The notes beneath the pieces were generated by a model. It searched no databases. It saw only the letters and a list, made by a program, of their open reading frames with translations, and was not told the DNA's origin. Source: an uncultured Bacteroidales bacterium (GTDB lineage: Bacteria; Bacteroidota; Bacteroidia; Bacteroidales; VadinHA17). Taken from it: a DNA stretch of 64,000 nucleotides. The first letter of the stretch is position 1; every line of letters begins with the position of its first letter. Location of the stretch: assembly GCA_963765005.1 (NCBI GenBank), contig CAVXUP010000008.1:244396-308395 (forward strand). Direction: 5' to 3'. The position numbers and the translations under genes are program-made. This document shows, in pieces, positions 20,042 through 29,630 of this stretch.

Positions 20042-20821
20042 ATGAGGAAGCTAAGTCAGATATTATTCGCAGCATTTGTGTTCTCAACAGCAGCATGGGG
20101 ACAGGTTACCTCTTACAAAGTCGGTGAAAAGGTAAATTATCTTGTCCATTATGGTCCTATAACAGGCGGAGAGGCTTCGCTCGAGCTTATAAGTGAGCAG
20201 CTCAACGGGAAGGAGGTATGGCATTCAGTAATGATGGCAAAGACAACCGGTGTGACTGATGCTTTTTTCAAAGTACTCGACATCTATGAGGTATACATCG
20301 ATCCGCTGACCCAGCTGCCTGTAAAATCGGTAAGAAATGTTCGCGAGGGGAGGTACAGGAAGTATAATGTTGTACTTTTTGATCATAAGACAAGGTCCGA
20401 TTCAGCGATTCTTACAAGCGATCTTACCGGTATTCACATAGCTCCGCCGGGGATTCACGATATTGTCTCCTGCTTCTATTTCCTGCGCAATAACATTCTC
20501 ACCAGGGAGACTGTCCTGGAGCCGGATAAGACATATACAATAATGACCTGGTTTACCGATGAGCTGTATCCTATTATACTGCGGTACAAGGGAATTGAAG
20601 AGGTAAAAACCAAACTTGGAAGAATAAGATGCTACAAGTTCAACCCTGTAACCGAGGTCGGGCGGCTGTTTGAAACAGAAGAAGATGTATCATTCTGGTT
20701 TTCTGCCGATAAAAATTTTTTACCGGTTAAAATTCGTTTTGATATATTTGTGGGATCTTTCAATATTGAGATAGTAAGTTATGAGGGCCTGGCGCACCCT
20801 CTTGAAATAGTTAGAAAATAG
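20042..20821 (+). CDS. DUF3108-like exported protein
   Basis: Signal peptide, GE...Y.VHYG...GEA, D..S.FY..R, WFS.D....PV; likely start MRKLSQ. Confidence 0.75.
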   Translation: MRKLSQILFAAFVFSTAAWGQVTSYKVGEKVNYLVHYGPITGGEASLELISEQLNGKEVWHSVMMAKTTGVTDAFFKVLDIYEVYIDPLTQLPVKSVRNVREGRYRKYNVVLFDHKTRSDSAILTSDLTGIHIAPPGIHDIVSCFYFLRNNILTRETVLEPDKTYTIMTWFTDELYPIILRYKGIEEVKTKLGRIRCYKFNPVTEVGRLFETEEDVSFWFSADKNFLPVKIRFDIFVGSFNIEIVSYEGLAHPLEIVRK

Positions 20822-20851
20822 TGTTTAAAAGATAAGATTAATTAACCATTT

Positions 20852-21418
20852 ATGGCAAGTACTGCAGATTTCAGGAACGGATTAGTCATTGAGTTCAACA
20901 ATGACCTTTATTTAATTGTGCAATTTCAGCATGTAAAACCAGGCAAAGGACCGGCATTTGTCCGGACAAAACTTAAGAACCTCAAAAGCGGCAGGGTTAT
21001 CGACAATACCTTCTCGTCAGGAACAAAGGTGAATCTTGCAAGGGTAGAAAGACGTCCATACCAGTATCTCTACAAGGACGACATGGGCTTTTATTTCATG
21101 CATCTTGAAACTTTTGAACAGATACATGTTAACGAAGCACTGATCGACAATCATAATTTTCTTAAAGAAGGCCTTAATGTTGAGGTTGTTGTTCATGCCG
21201 ATACCGAGACAATACTTAACGTTGACATTCCGCAATTCGTTGTTATGGAGGTTACCTACTCAGAACCCGGGTTAAGAGGAGATACAGCCACAAACACCCT
21301 CAAGCAGGCGAAGGTGGAGAACGGGGAAACAATAATGGTTCCTCTCTTCGTAAACACAGGAGATAAGATAAAGATCGATACCCGCGACAAAAGCTATGTC
21401 GAGAGGGTAAAGGCATAG
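20852..21418 (+). CDS. efp: Elongation factor P
   Basis: [35 protein letters not shown]. Confidence 0.98.
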   Translation: MASTADFRNGLVIEFNNDLYLIVQFQHVKPGKGPAFVRTKLKNLKSGRVIDNTFSSGTKVNLARVERRPYQYLYKDDMGFYFMHLETFEQIHVNEALIDNHNFLKEGLNVEVVVHADTETILNVDIPQFVVMEVTYSEPGLRGDTATNTLKQAKVENGETIMVPLFVNTGDKIKIDTRDKSYVERVKA

Positions 21419-21422
21419 ATTT

Positions 21423-22646
21423 ATGGATGAACCAAAAGGTTACGACAGGCTAAAAATATCCAAATTCAAGCTGGATTCGCTGCTCGATATAACTTTATCG
21501 ATCAATGCCAATTTGCCTGTCCCGGAACTTTTAGCCAAATATGAATCTATCCTCAGGAATAATCTCGGCATTGGCAAGATATTGATCTTAAAACGCTCCG
21601 AAAAATGGGAGTGTCTGATGAACTGTGGTTTCCCTCCGGAACTTGAGGGAATGGATGTTGAAAAACACCTTCTTGAACTCTCTGAAATTGTTTGTGTCAC
21701 ACCTGACGATGGTTATGAGGGAGTCGATATTATTGTTCCTGTTCACAACAACAACATCCCTCTTGCTTTTGTTATGATAGGCGATATAGAGGAGGAAGGA
21801 ACAGGGATGAGCCCGGTTCTGAAGCACTATAATTTCATACAGATCCTTTCCCGGATTATCATTGTTGCAATAGAAAATATAAGGCTCTTTCAGGAAAGCC
21901 TGATGCAGGAGGCAATTAAAAAAGAGCTTGAACTTGCCGCAAGGATGCAGATGATGCTTATCCCCGACAACCGGCAGATGCCTAAGAACAGCAGGCTTCG
22001 TGTCAGCGGATTTTACCATCCCCACCAGGAAGTCGGGGGCGATTATTATGATTGCATCCAGCTCTCTGCTTCAAAAACAGGCATCTGTATTGCTGATGTT
22101 TCAGGAAAGGGAATATCAGCGGCAATACTGATGTCAAATTTTCAGGCAAGTCTCAGGGCTCTGTTTACTCATGAGATCCCTCTTGAAACACTGATTATAA
22201 AACTTAACTCGATTGTAACGGTGAATGCATCAGGCGAAAAGTTCATTACCTTTTTTGTAGCGCGTTATGATCAGGAAAGCGGACTCCTTGAGTATATAAA
22301 TGCTGCCCATAATCCGCCTGTTCTATACAATGTGGCATCAGGCAAAACTATCTTCCTCGATCCATCCTGTGTCGGATTGGGAATGCTTGACGAGATCCCC
22401 CGAGTGCAAAAATCAGAGATTCTTATTTCTGAGAACACCAAAATAGTCTGCTATACCGACGGACTCTCAGAGTTGAAGGGGAGCGACGGAGAGGAGATAG
22501 GGACACTTGAGATAATAAAACACATCTCAAACGAAGAACCTGTTGCCGAAAATATAAAAGAAATGATGAATGCCCTGGGATTGCCGGATAATAATCCCTC
22601 GGTATTTGATGACGTATCTGTTATCGCTGCCGATCTGCTGAGGTAG
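21423..22646 (+). CDS. SpoIIE/RsbU-type PP2C protein-serine phosphatase
   Basis: VGGDYYD, IADVSGKG..AA, YTDGL.E, DDVS. Confidence 0.92.
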   Translation: MDEPKGYDRLKISKFKLDSLLDITLSINANLPVPELLAKYESILRNNLGIGKILILKRSEKWECLMNCGFPPELEGMDVEKHLLELSEIVCVTPDDGYEGVDIIVPVHNNNIPLAFVMIGDIEEEGTGMSPVLKHYNFIQILSRIIIVAIENIRLFQESLMQEAIKKELELAARMQMMLIPDNRQMPKNSRLRVSGFYHPHQEVGGDYYDCIQLSASKTGICIADVSGKGISAAILMSNFQASLRALFTHEIPLETLIIKLNSIVTVNASGEKFITFFVARYDQESGLLEYINAAHNPPVLYNVASGKTIFLDPSCVGLGMLDEIPRVQKSEILISENTKIVCYTDGLSELKGSDGEEIGTLEIIKHISNEEPVAENIKEMMNALGLPDNNPSVFDDVSVIAADLLR

Positions 22647-22649
22647 CTC

Positions 22650-23942
22650 TCAGCCCACTCTTAAAAGGAAGTAATTCTTTTTCCCTTTCTGCAGCAACAG
22701 GTATTTGTTGTTAAGGAGAGAACCCATTCCGACCGGCATATCCGGATCTTCAACTTTAATTTTGTTAAGGCTCACCCCTCCTCCCTGAACCAGTCTTCTC
22801 ATCTCCCCCTTTGACGGAAAAACCTGTGAATGCACTGTACAAAGGTCTGTCAGAGTAACACTGTCTTCAAAAACTTCCTTCCTGACATCGAAGACCGGAA
22901 CACCCTCAAAAACTGATAAAAAAGTGCTTTCGCTCATCTTGATCAACGACTCGGTGGTACCCTTTCCGAAGAGGATCTGCGAGGCTTCAACAGCACCCTC
23001 ATAATCGCTCCTCGAATGAACGAGCACAGTAACCTCTTCTGCAAGCCTCCTCTGTAGAAGCCTTTCATGGGGAGCCCTGTGGTGTTCTTCAGTTATGCAT
23101 TCAATTTCGTCCTTTCCGAGAATCGTAAAGATCTTTATGTATTTCTCAGCATCTTCATCTGAAACATTGAGCCAGAACTGGTAGAACGCATAGGGAGTGG
23201 TCTTTTCAGGATCGAGCCACACATTCCCTGATTCTGTTTTTCCGAATTTGGAGCCGTCGGATTTGGTTATCAGGGGACAAGTGAGGGCAAATGCTTCCCC
23301 TCCGGCCTTCCTTCTTATGAGCTCTGTTCCCGTAACTATATTTCCCCATTGGTCGGAGCCTCCCATCTGAAGTTTGCAGTTGTGGCTGTTATAGAGATGA
23401 AGAAAGTCGGTACCCTGAACAAGCTGGTATGAGAACTCCGTAAACGACATTCCCTCTTTCGCTTCCGAGCCGATTCTTTTTTTTACAGAGTCTTTCGACA
23501 TCATGTAGTTAACAGTGATATGCTTTCCTATATCCCTTATAAACCCAAGGAAAGAGTATTCCTTCATCCAGTCATAGTTGTTCACCATGATGGCCCTGTT
23601 ATCCATGTCTGACTTGAAATCAAGGAATTTTGCCAGCTGGGTTTTTATTGCCTCCTGGTTCCTTCTGAGCGATTGTTCATCAAGAAGGTTACGCTCCTCT
23701 GACTTTCCTGAAGGATCACCTATCATTCCTGTTGCTCCACCGACAAGGGCTATCGGGGTATGGCCGGCACGCTGGAAATGCAAAAGCATCATCACCTGCA
23801 CCATGTGACCAATATGAAGGGAGTCAGCAGTAGGATCAAAACCTATATAACCGCTGCTTTTCTCCTTAGAAAGCAATTCTTCCGTACCGGGCATAATATC
23901 ATGTATCATGCCTCTCCATTTCAGCTCTTCAACAAAATTCAT
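22650..23942 (-). CDS. tyrS: Tyrosine--tRNA ligase
   Basis: [27 protein letters not shown]-terminal S4 domain. Confidence 0.98.
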   Translation of the reverse strand: MNFVEELKWRGMIHDIMPGTEELLSKEKSSGYIGFDPTADSLHIGHMVQVMMLLHFQRAGHTPIALVGGATGMIGDPSGKSEERNLLDEQSLRRNQEAIKTQLAKFLDFKSDMDNRAIMVNNYDWMKEYSFLGFIRDIGKHITVNYMMSKDSVKKRIGSEAKEGMSFTEFSYQLVQGTDFLHLYNSHNCKLQMGGSDQWGNIVTGTELIRRKAGGEAFALTCPLITKSDGSKFGKTESGNVWLDPEKTTPYAFYQFWLNVSDEDAEKYIKIFTILGKDEIECITEEHHRAPHERLLQRRLAEEVTVLVHSRSDYEGAVEASQILFGKGTTESLIKMSESTFLSVFEGVPVFDVRKEVFEDSVTLTDLCTVHSQVFPSKGEMRRLVQGGGVSLNKIKVEDPDMPVGMGSLLNNKYLLLQKGKKNYFLLRVG

Positions 23943-23962
23943 AAACAGTTTTTTAGGAAATG

Positions 23963-23970
23963 CAAATATA
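23963..23970 (-). promoter_or_regulatory. -7 promoter element TATATTTG of tyrS
   Basis: Matches the TAnnTTTG consensus 20 bp upstream of the ATG. Confidence 0.6.
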
Positions 23971-23980
23971 GCAAAGAGGG

Positions 23981-24517
23981 TCAGATAGCAACACTATCAG
24001 GCTTCTTTTTAAAGCGGTCGAATCCTTTGCCCATATCGCCCTCTCCGATTATCGGGAACAAGGCTGGAATGATATCTGAAACCGGGTTATAGAAGATCGA
24101 CTTCTCAATTGTCTCTTTTGGAAGAAAAGGCCTGTGAGCATCAATTGCATTCATAATAACGAATGCTACACTGAGTATCAGCATCGATTTCAAAAGCCCG
24201 AAACCTATTCCGAGAAGCTTGTTTACAAAGCCAAGAGCAACGGCGTCGACAAGTTTATCGGCAATGACTCCTATAAAATGAATAACAACAACAATAAGCA
24301 CAAAGGTTACCAGAAAGGCAAGAATCCCTACATATGAGCCGGTCATGTCAAAATAATCATAAAGCTTTGCGGCAGTAAACCCCGAGAATTTAATTGCGCC
24401 CCAGATGCCGAGGATAAGGGCGAGCAGTGAGGCAGCCTCCCTTACAAACCCGTTTGCAAATCCCGTAATCATCGATATTCCGAGAATAATTACAATAGCC
24501 AAATCGATCCAGTTCAT
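23981..24517 (-). CDS. cvpA: CvpA family (colicin V production) membrane protein
   Basis: MNWID......GF..GFVRE, NKLLG..FG.LK. Confidence 0.9.
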   Translation of the reverse strand: MNWIDLAIVIILGISMITGFANGFVREAASLLALILGIWGAIKFSGFTAAKLYDYFDMTGSYVGILAFLVTFVLIVVVIHFIGVIADKLVDAVALGFVNKLLGIGFGLLKSMLILSVAFVIMNAIDAHRPFLPKETIEKSIFYNPVSDIIPALFPIIGEGDMGKGFDRFKKKPDSVAI

Positions 24518-24622
24518 AATAAGAAATTTAGTATAGATCAAAGATAATTTATTTTGTTACCCTATGAAACAGGGATGAGATGAATTGACAATTTAGTACG
24601 GCAGGATGCTTTCCCGAACCGG

Positions 24623-24712
24623 TCAGACACGCACGACACACGATGCACGACGCACGACGCACGGTTACGATGCACGTCATTCCTTTTGCCGTGAGCCGTG
24701 AGTCGTGAGTCC
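24623..24712. repeat. Inverted pair of heptamer tracts (GCACGAC)n ... (CGTGAGT)n
   Basis: gcacgacacacgatgcacgacgcacgacgcacgg ... ccgtgagccgtgagtcgtgag. Confidence 0.75.
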
Positions 24713-24724
24713 TTCATTTTTACA

Positions 24725-24755
24725 TTTGATTTGACAAAAAAAATTTATAATTTTG
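24725..24755 (+). promoter_or_regulatory. Bacteroidota sigma-A promoter (TTTG -33 / TAATTTTG -7) upstream of the tRNA-Arg/GIY-YIG cassette
   Basis: TTTG at 24725-24728, 19-bp spacer, TAATTTTG at 24748-24755. Confidence 0.7.
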
Positions 24756-24768
24756 CAACTGAAATTTT

Positions 24769-24836
24769 GGCCTCATAGTTCAATGGATACCTGCCTGCCG
24801 GCAGGCAGGGAATGGAGGTTTACATAATAAGATTCA
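24769..24836 (+). pseudogene. Degenerate 5' copy of tRNA-Arg interrupted by a 20-bp palindrome
   Basis: GGCCTCATAGTTCAATGGATA+[CCTGCCTGCCGGCAGGCAGG]+GAATGGAGGTTT matches tRNA nt 1-33 at 25075; then degenerate up to AGATTCA. Confidence 0.9.
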
Positions 24837-25112
24837 ATGGCATATACAGTTTACGCCATAATGAGTGATGTTGACAACAGGATATATGTTGGATTTACGA
24901 AGAATTTTGATGTTCGTTTAAAGGAGCATAATCAAGGAAAAACGAAATCAACGAAGGGCTACAGACCTTGGAGATTGTTTTATAAAGAAGAAGTTGGCAC
25001 AAGAATTATTGCAAGGGAACGAGAAAAGTATTTAAAAAGTGGATGTGGTAAAGAGTATTTGAAAAGTAAATTAAGGCCTCATAGTTCAATGGATAGAATG
25101 GAGGTTTCCTAA
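24837..25112 (+). CDS. Stand-alone GIY-YIG nuclease
   Basis: YTVYAI..IYVGFT..RLKEHN.G..KSTK..RPW..REKYLKSG; the last 12 codons and the stop lie in the tRNA. Confidence 0.92.
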   Translation: MAYTVYAIMSDVDNRIYVGFTKNFDVRLKEHNQGKTKSTKGYRPWRLFYKEEVGTRIIAREREKYLKSGCGKEYLKSKLRPHSSMDRMEVS

Positions 25113-25146
25113 ACCTTAGATTCAGGTTCGATTCCTGGTGAGGCTA
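25075..25146 (+). tRNA. tRNA-Arg (anticodon CCT)
   Basis: GGCCTCA-TA-GTTC AATGGATA GAAT-G-GAGGT TTCCTAA ACCTT-AGAT-TCAGG TTCGATT CCTGG-TGAGGCT-A. Confidence 0.97.
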
Positions 25147-25148
25147 CA

Positions 25149-25193
25149 AAAATGACCCCTTACGTAATTATACATGAGGGGTTTATTTTTTTT
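25149..25193 (+). terminator. Intrinsic terminator after tRNA-Arg
   Basis: ACCCCT..AGGGGT stem followed by a T-run. Confidence 0.7.
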
Positions 25194-25215
25194 ATTCCTC
25201 AGATGGAATGTAATT

Positions 25216-25242
25216 TGGCTCCGATTACAAATCGGCGCCAGC
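25216..25242. repeat. REP-like palindrome TGGCTCCGATTACAAATCGGCGCCAGC
   Basis: CCGATT-ACA-AATCGG stem with outer TGGC/GCCA arms. Confidence 0.5.
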
Positions 25243-25262
25243 GATGACAACCAGAATAATAA

Positions 25263-26612
25263 TCAATATTTCCTCTTCAGCCACTCCTCAGGAACAGGAA
25301 TAATGCAAATATTCAGGGATTTCTTGTCTTCCGACAGCATCGCTGACTGAATTTCGATTTTTGTGCCGTCGGCGCTGAAAGTAGGATGCGGATGGTCAGA
25401 AGCAGTCTCCAGATGACCGGCAGAAAGCAGGATCATTTCACGTGTATGCCGATCGATAAGCCAGATGTCTCTCTTAAAGTCGTCGCCAACCGCCCAGCGG
25501 CCATCCGATGAGCCGTTAACATGCCACAGCCCGCTGCCTGAGGCTGTCTGTCCTGCAATTGTCATCTCCCTTGTTCGCAGGTTAACGATACCCAGGCCTG
25601 TTGGTTTTTCGCGGGTTCCTGATGGTCCCCATGCAGATTCCTGACCAGGATTTTTAGGATCAGCCGCAACGTTAGGAGTTCCCGGCTTTCGATGGCCCAT
25701 TATTGCAATCGCCACTTCGTCTTTCGATATTACGGCCTCATGAGTCACCCACTCATATTCAGATTCAGGATATAATGCCCTCAGACCGCTTCCATCAGAC
25801 ATTACCGTCCAGGTACGCTGAGGGGCCTTGCCTCCGGTTTCCCAGCAGAATACTATCTCCCCCGGAACCCAGGGGTTTGTCTGGATATGTCCGACCTGAA
25901 AAGGCACTGCAACTACAAATTCCGATTCTCCGGTCTTCAGATCCATGCTCCCGATTCCTGAAGGTCCGGCACCCATGTTTCGGGGGCCGAAATTAGCTTC
26001 GATTTTTGTTCCTTCCGGAAGGTGTTTAGCAGCCTCATCTTTACCTGTCCTGAAATAGACAACCTTCTCATCAGCATCAAGTGCCATATCTCCTCCGGCG
26101 CCCATTTCAGCAGGAGTTGTTCCGCAAACTCTCTGATATTCAGCTGCCGCTTTCAGAGTGTTTTTTTCACTGTCGGCAAAAAGTTTTGCCAGGTCTACCT
26201 CAATAACCTGAACAGGACCTCCTCCCCGTGAAGTTGAACCGGCCTCCCGGGGTGTATTCCTCATAAAATACAGTTTCATCGATCTCCTTGCAACACTGAG
26301 CATTCCGGTGAAGCCCCCCTCTGAGACCTGAACGATAACCCCGGTTTTTTCATTTACTGCCATAGCCTCTCCCCTTACCCTGTTTGACCGGAATATCACC
26401 CATTCCCCGTCGGAGGTCCACTGGTTATGAGTCTGGTAAATTTTTGAATCGCCGGCCGGTTTGCTTGTCAGAAAGGTAAGCTGAGTGCCGGTAACAGGAT
26501 CTGTAACAACCTTTTTCTCCGAGGGGAATCGGGTTCCGATCTGAGCCAGGGCCGACCCTATGGAAAAAGAGATAAAAATTACTACTGATAAAAGGAGGGT
26601 CTTTTGTTTCAT
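25263..26612 (-). CDS. Oligogalacturonate lyase-family beta-propeller protein
   Basis: TDPVTG..LTFLT, IYQTHNQW..DG, FCWE, HE, DHPHPTFS.DG; likely start MKQKTLL with signal peptide. Confidence 0.8.
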   Translation of the reverse strand: MKQKTLLLSVVIFISFSIGSALAQIGTRFPSEKKVVTDPVTGTQLTFLTSKPAGDSKIYQTHNQWTSDGEWVIFRSNRVRGEAMAVNEKTGVIVQVSEGGFTGMLSVARRSMKLYFMRNTPREAGSTSRGGGPVQVIEVDLAKLFADSEKNTLKAAAEYQRVCGTTPAEMGAGGDMALDADEKVVYFRTGKDEAAKHLPEGTKIEANFGPRNMGAGPSGIGSMDLKTGESEFVVAVPFQVGHIQTNPWVPGEIVFCWETGGKAPQRTWTVMSDGSGLRALYPESEYEWVTHEAVISKDEVAIAIMGHRKPGTPNVAADPKNPGQESAWGPSGTREKPTGLGIVNLRTREMTIAGQTASGSGLWHVNGSSDGRWAVGDDFKRDIWLIDRHTREMILLSAGHLETASDHPHPTFSADGTKIEIQSAMLSEDKKSLNICIIPVPEEWLKRKY

Positions 26613-26653
26613 CTTGGTCAGGTTTTGTTTAGTTGCTTCATTGTCTGTGCAAA

Positions 26654-26877
26654 GGGTTGCTTCGTCTCCGTTCGCCTGCTGGCTCCGCCAGCAGGCGAAC
26701 GGTTCCTCGCAATGACGGTGTATGTTTGATTCAGCTGTTCTTCCGAACCCGGAGTATGTTTGATTCAGCTCTGATTCCGGGTCCGTGTAATTTGGTTTCT
26801 TCAATCACTGCGAAATAACCGATGTACATCTTTGATCAAGTCATTGCGAGTCCCGATTTATCGGGACGAAGCAACCC
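26654..26877. repeat. Inverted pair of GGGTTGCTTCGTC..CTCGCAATGAC elements with different internal hairpins
   Basis: 26654-26716 and 26840-26877 (reverse complement) share both arms; a 17-bp direct repeat lies between them. Confidence 0.8.
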
Positions 26878-26920
26878 GTTTCTCCAATAACTGCCGCTGT
26901 GCCGTTGCGCCTTTGCGCCG

Positions 26921-28603
26921 TTACACCAATTTCTTATACTTAATCCTCACCGGCGTCGTATCAGCAACCCTTTTCTTATAACTCTCCTCATAATCGGAAT
27001 AGTTGCCTTCAAACCAGACAACTTTCGAATTGCCCTCAAAAGCGAGCATATGTGTTGTAACCCTGTCGAGAAACCATCTGTCGTGCGATATAATAACTGC
27101 GCAACCGGCAAAATTCTCCAGTCCCTCCTCGAGGGCTCTGAGTGTATTTACATCAATATCGTTTGTCGGCTCATCAAGAAGCAGGACATTTGCCCCGGAT
27201 TTAAGCGTAAGAGCGAGGTGGAGCCTGTTTCTCTCCCCGCCTGACAGTACACCACACTTTTTCTCCTGGTCTGCCCCTGTGAAGTTAAAACGGGCTACAT
27301 AGGCCCTGGCATTGACAAGCCTGTTTCCAACCATGACATCATTTTGCCCTCCTGAAATAACTTCATATACTGTTTTTGCAGGATCAATTGCCGAATGAGC
27401 CTGATCGACATAACCAAGAACTACAGTCTCTCCTATTCTGAATGAACCCTTTGACGCCTGTTCCTGCCCCATTATCATTCTGAAAAGGGTTGTCTTGCCG
27501 GCACCGTTGGCGCCAATAACACCTACAATGCCATTGGGAGGAAGCCTGAATTCAAGATCATCGAACAGCAGCTTTTCGTCGTACGACTTTGCAACCTTCT
27601 CAGCCTCAATGACCTTGTCGCCAAGCCGCGGCCCGTTTGGAATGAAAATCTCGAGTTTTTCCTCCTTCTGCTTTACATCCTGGTTAAGGAGGTTCTCATA
27701 GGCTCCGAGCCTGGCTTTTGATTTTGCCTGCCGGGCTTTGGGAGACATCCTCACCCATTCAAGCTCCCGTTCGAGAATCTTCCTTCTCTTAACACTTCCC
27801 TTCTCCTCAACCTCCAGCCGTTTTGCCTTTTGCTCGAGCCACGAGGAATAGTTCCCCTTCCAGGGAATACCCTCTCCCCTGTCGAGTTCGAGGATCCAAC
27901 CTGCAACATTATCGAGAAAATACCTGTCGTGGGTGATGCAGATTACAGTACCGTGATACTGTTTCAGGGTTGTTTCGAGCCATTGCACCGATTCAGCATC
28001 AAGGTGGTTTGTCGGTTCATCGAGCAAAAGAATGTCTGGCTGTTTGAGCAGAAGCCTGCAAAGGGCCACGCGCCTTCTCTCTCCTCCTGACAGGACATTT
28101 ACCCTTGCATCGCTCTCAGGACATCTGAGAGCATCCATTGCCCTTTCAAGCTTATGTTCAATATTCCAGCCGTCGCAGTCATCGATCTTCTCCTGGAGCA
28201 CAGCCTGCCTGTCCATTAGTTGCTGCATTTTTTCCGGATTCTCATAAACCTCAGGTTCTCCGAAACTGTTGTTTATTTTTTCATACTCCTTTATGATATC
28301 TATAGTATCCTTCATCCCCTCTTCCACTATCTCCCTTACGGTTCTGCTTTCATCGAGCAGAGGATCCTGTGAAAGGTGACCAACAGAATAGCCCGGAAGG
28401 AAGGTGACATCGCCCTGATACTCCTTCTCAAGTCCGGCAATTATTTTAAGAAGTGTTGATTTACCTGAACCATTCAATCCTATTATCCCGATTTTTGCTC
28501 CGAGAAAAAAAGAAAGAGAAATATCCTTGAGCACCTGCCTGTGCGGAGGGAAGGTCTTACCTACGCGGTACATCGAAAAAATGATCTTATTGTCGTCGGC
28601 CAT
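26921..28603 (-). CDS. ettA: Energy-dependent translational throttle ABC-F protein
   Basis: Two ABC domains (GLNGSGKS, LSGGE, LDEPTNHLD; GANGAGKT), WILELDRGEGIPW.GNYSSWL, ELEWVR. Confidence 0.95.
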   Translation of the reverse strand: MADDNKIIFSMYRVGKTFPPHRQVLKDISLSFFLGAKIGIIGLNGSGKSTLLKIIAGLEKEYQGDVTFLPGYSVGHLSQDPLLDESRTVREIVEEGMKDTIDIIKEYEKINNSFGEPEVYENPEKMQQLMDRQAVLQEKIDDCDGWNIEHKLERAMDALRCPESDARVNVLSGGERRRVALCRLLLKQPDILLLDEPTNHLDAESVQWLETTLKQYHGTVICITHDRYFLDNVAGWILELDRGEGIPWKGNYSSWLEQKAKRLEVEEKGSVKRRKILERELEWVRMSPKARQAKSKARLGAYENLLNQDVKQKEEKLEIFIPNGPRLGDKVIEAEKVAKSYDEKLLFDDLEFRLPPNGIVGVIGANGAGKTTLFRMIMGQEQASKGSFRIGETVVLGYVDQAHSAIDPAKTVYEVISGGQNDVMVGNRLVNARAYVARFNFTGADQEKKCGVLSGGERNRLHLALTLKSGANVLLLDEPTNDIDVNTLRALEEGLENFAGCAVIISHDRWFLDRVTTHMLAFEGNSKVVWFEGNYSDYEESYKKRVADTTPVRIKYKKLV

Positions 28604-28635
28604 TTTATATTGATTTATGAACATTGCAAAAATAC

Positions 28636-28737
28636 GTAGGGGCACAACATTTTGTGCCCCTACGATCAAAATATTTTCGGATTAATCTAATTATTCATAA
28701 TATCCTGTTGTAAAGACGCAATGCATTGCGTCTCTAC
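28636..28737. repeat. Two 28-bp GTAG-type REP palindromes
   Basis: GTAGGGGCACAACATTTTGTGCCCCTAC (28636-28663) and GTAAAGACGCAATGCATTGCGTCTCTAC (28710-28737). Confidence 0.8.
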
Positions 28738-28759
28738 AATCAGATAATATCCGGATTTT

Positions 28760-29137
28760 TTATTTGTTTCCGAACAATTTGATTGTTTCATCCTGCAACA
28801 GCACCCACAGGGAATAGACTCCCTTCAGCGTACCTATAGGGATATTAAGGCAGCCCAGTGCTGCAACGACTATAACAAGGTATCTTGCCCAAACCTGATA
28901 TGAAAGCAGCCCAATGCCGCCAACCAGTCCAAGGGTTGAAAGGAAACCTATCAGAATCGGAACGCTTATTGAGAGAAACCCCAGTACCATGGTAGGAATC
29001 TCCTCGCCTGCAACAAAACCTTTTGCAAAATTCAACGCAAAGAAAGCAGCTATTGCGCCAATCAAACCGAGGATGCCGAAGCCGATATGTATCGCTCCCA
29101 CCACGGTTACATGTTTTTTCATTTTTGAATCTTCCAT
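28760..29137 (-). CDS. Hypothetical 3-4 TM membrane protein
   Basis: Hydrophobic segments; GGIGLL...WAR, N.P.GT..GVYSLWVL. Confidence 0.8.
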   Translation of the reverse strand: MEDSKMKKHVTVVGAIHIGFGILGLIGAIAAFFALNFAKGFVAGEEIPTMVLGFLSISVPILIGFLSTLGLVGGIGLLSYQVWARYLVIVVAALGCLNIPIGTLKGVYSLWVLLQDETIKLFGNK

Positions 29138-29269
29138 GACACTATTATTTTTATGCAATTTAAAAATATTTTCATTCCGAGTTAATGACTGCCGTTTTTT
29201 CCGAGTGATGCACCGGAAGAAACAAAATCATCAGACATTACGTTATCTTTGTAAATAAAATAAGCTCTT

Positions 29270-29503
29270 ATGAAAAGGAAACTTTCCCTTGCTGCCGGAT
29301 TTATTCTTATGACACTCAGTTTTACATCATGCGAAGGATTGTTGACAAACTGCAGGATCTGCCAGCAGAATACCTACAATGCTTCCGGCTCACTTCTGAC
29401 TGAGGGGACTGAGTCAGAATACTGCGATGAAAAACTTCTGGCTATCGAAGCCATAAAGGATCAGACTGTCCTGGGAATTACTACAAAATGGGTTTGCAGG
29501 TGA
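29270..29503 (+). CDS. Small Cys-rich lipoprotein
   Basis: FTSC lipobox, CRIC, YC, WVCR; TATCTTTG promoter at 29244. Confidence 0.75.
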   Translation: MKRKLSLAAGFILMTLSFTSCEGLLTNCRICQQNTYNASGSLLTEGTESEYCDEKLLAIEAIKDQTVLGITTKWVCR

Positions 29504-29630
29504 GCTGAATTCACTGCAAAAACAGGTAATCAACAGGCATTTGTTGATAAAATGTTAACAACTGCAAAAGTTTATGCTGATATCGTTCTGAAGTTATCGT
29601 ATTTTTATACGAGCTATCACTACCCAAATA

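Noticed and set aside
24769-24836. Second functional or intron-containing tRNA-Arg
   Set aside because: The anticodon arm is degenerate and there is no T-arm or 3' acceptor strand; the downstream copy is complete by itself, so this is not a split gene
26613-26804. N-terminal extension of the lyase-family ORF
   Set aside because: It runs through palindromic repeats; the signal peptide starts at 26612
29175-29206. TTCCGAGT direct repeat as a regulator site
   Set aside because: Only 8 bp with 24-bp spacing; too weak to support without comparative data
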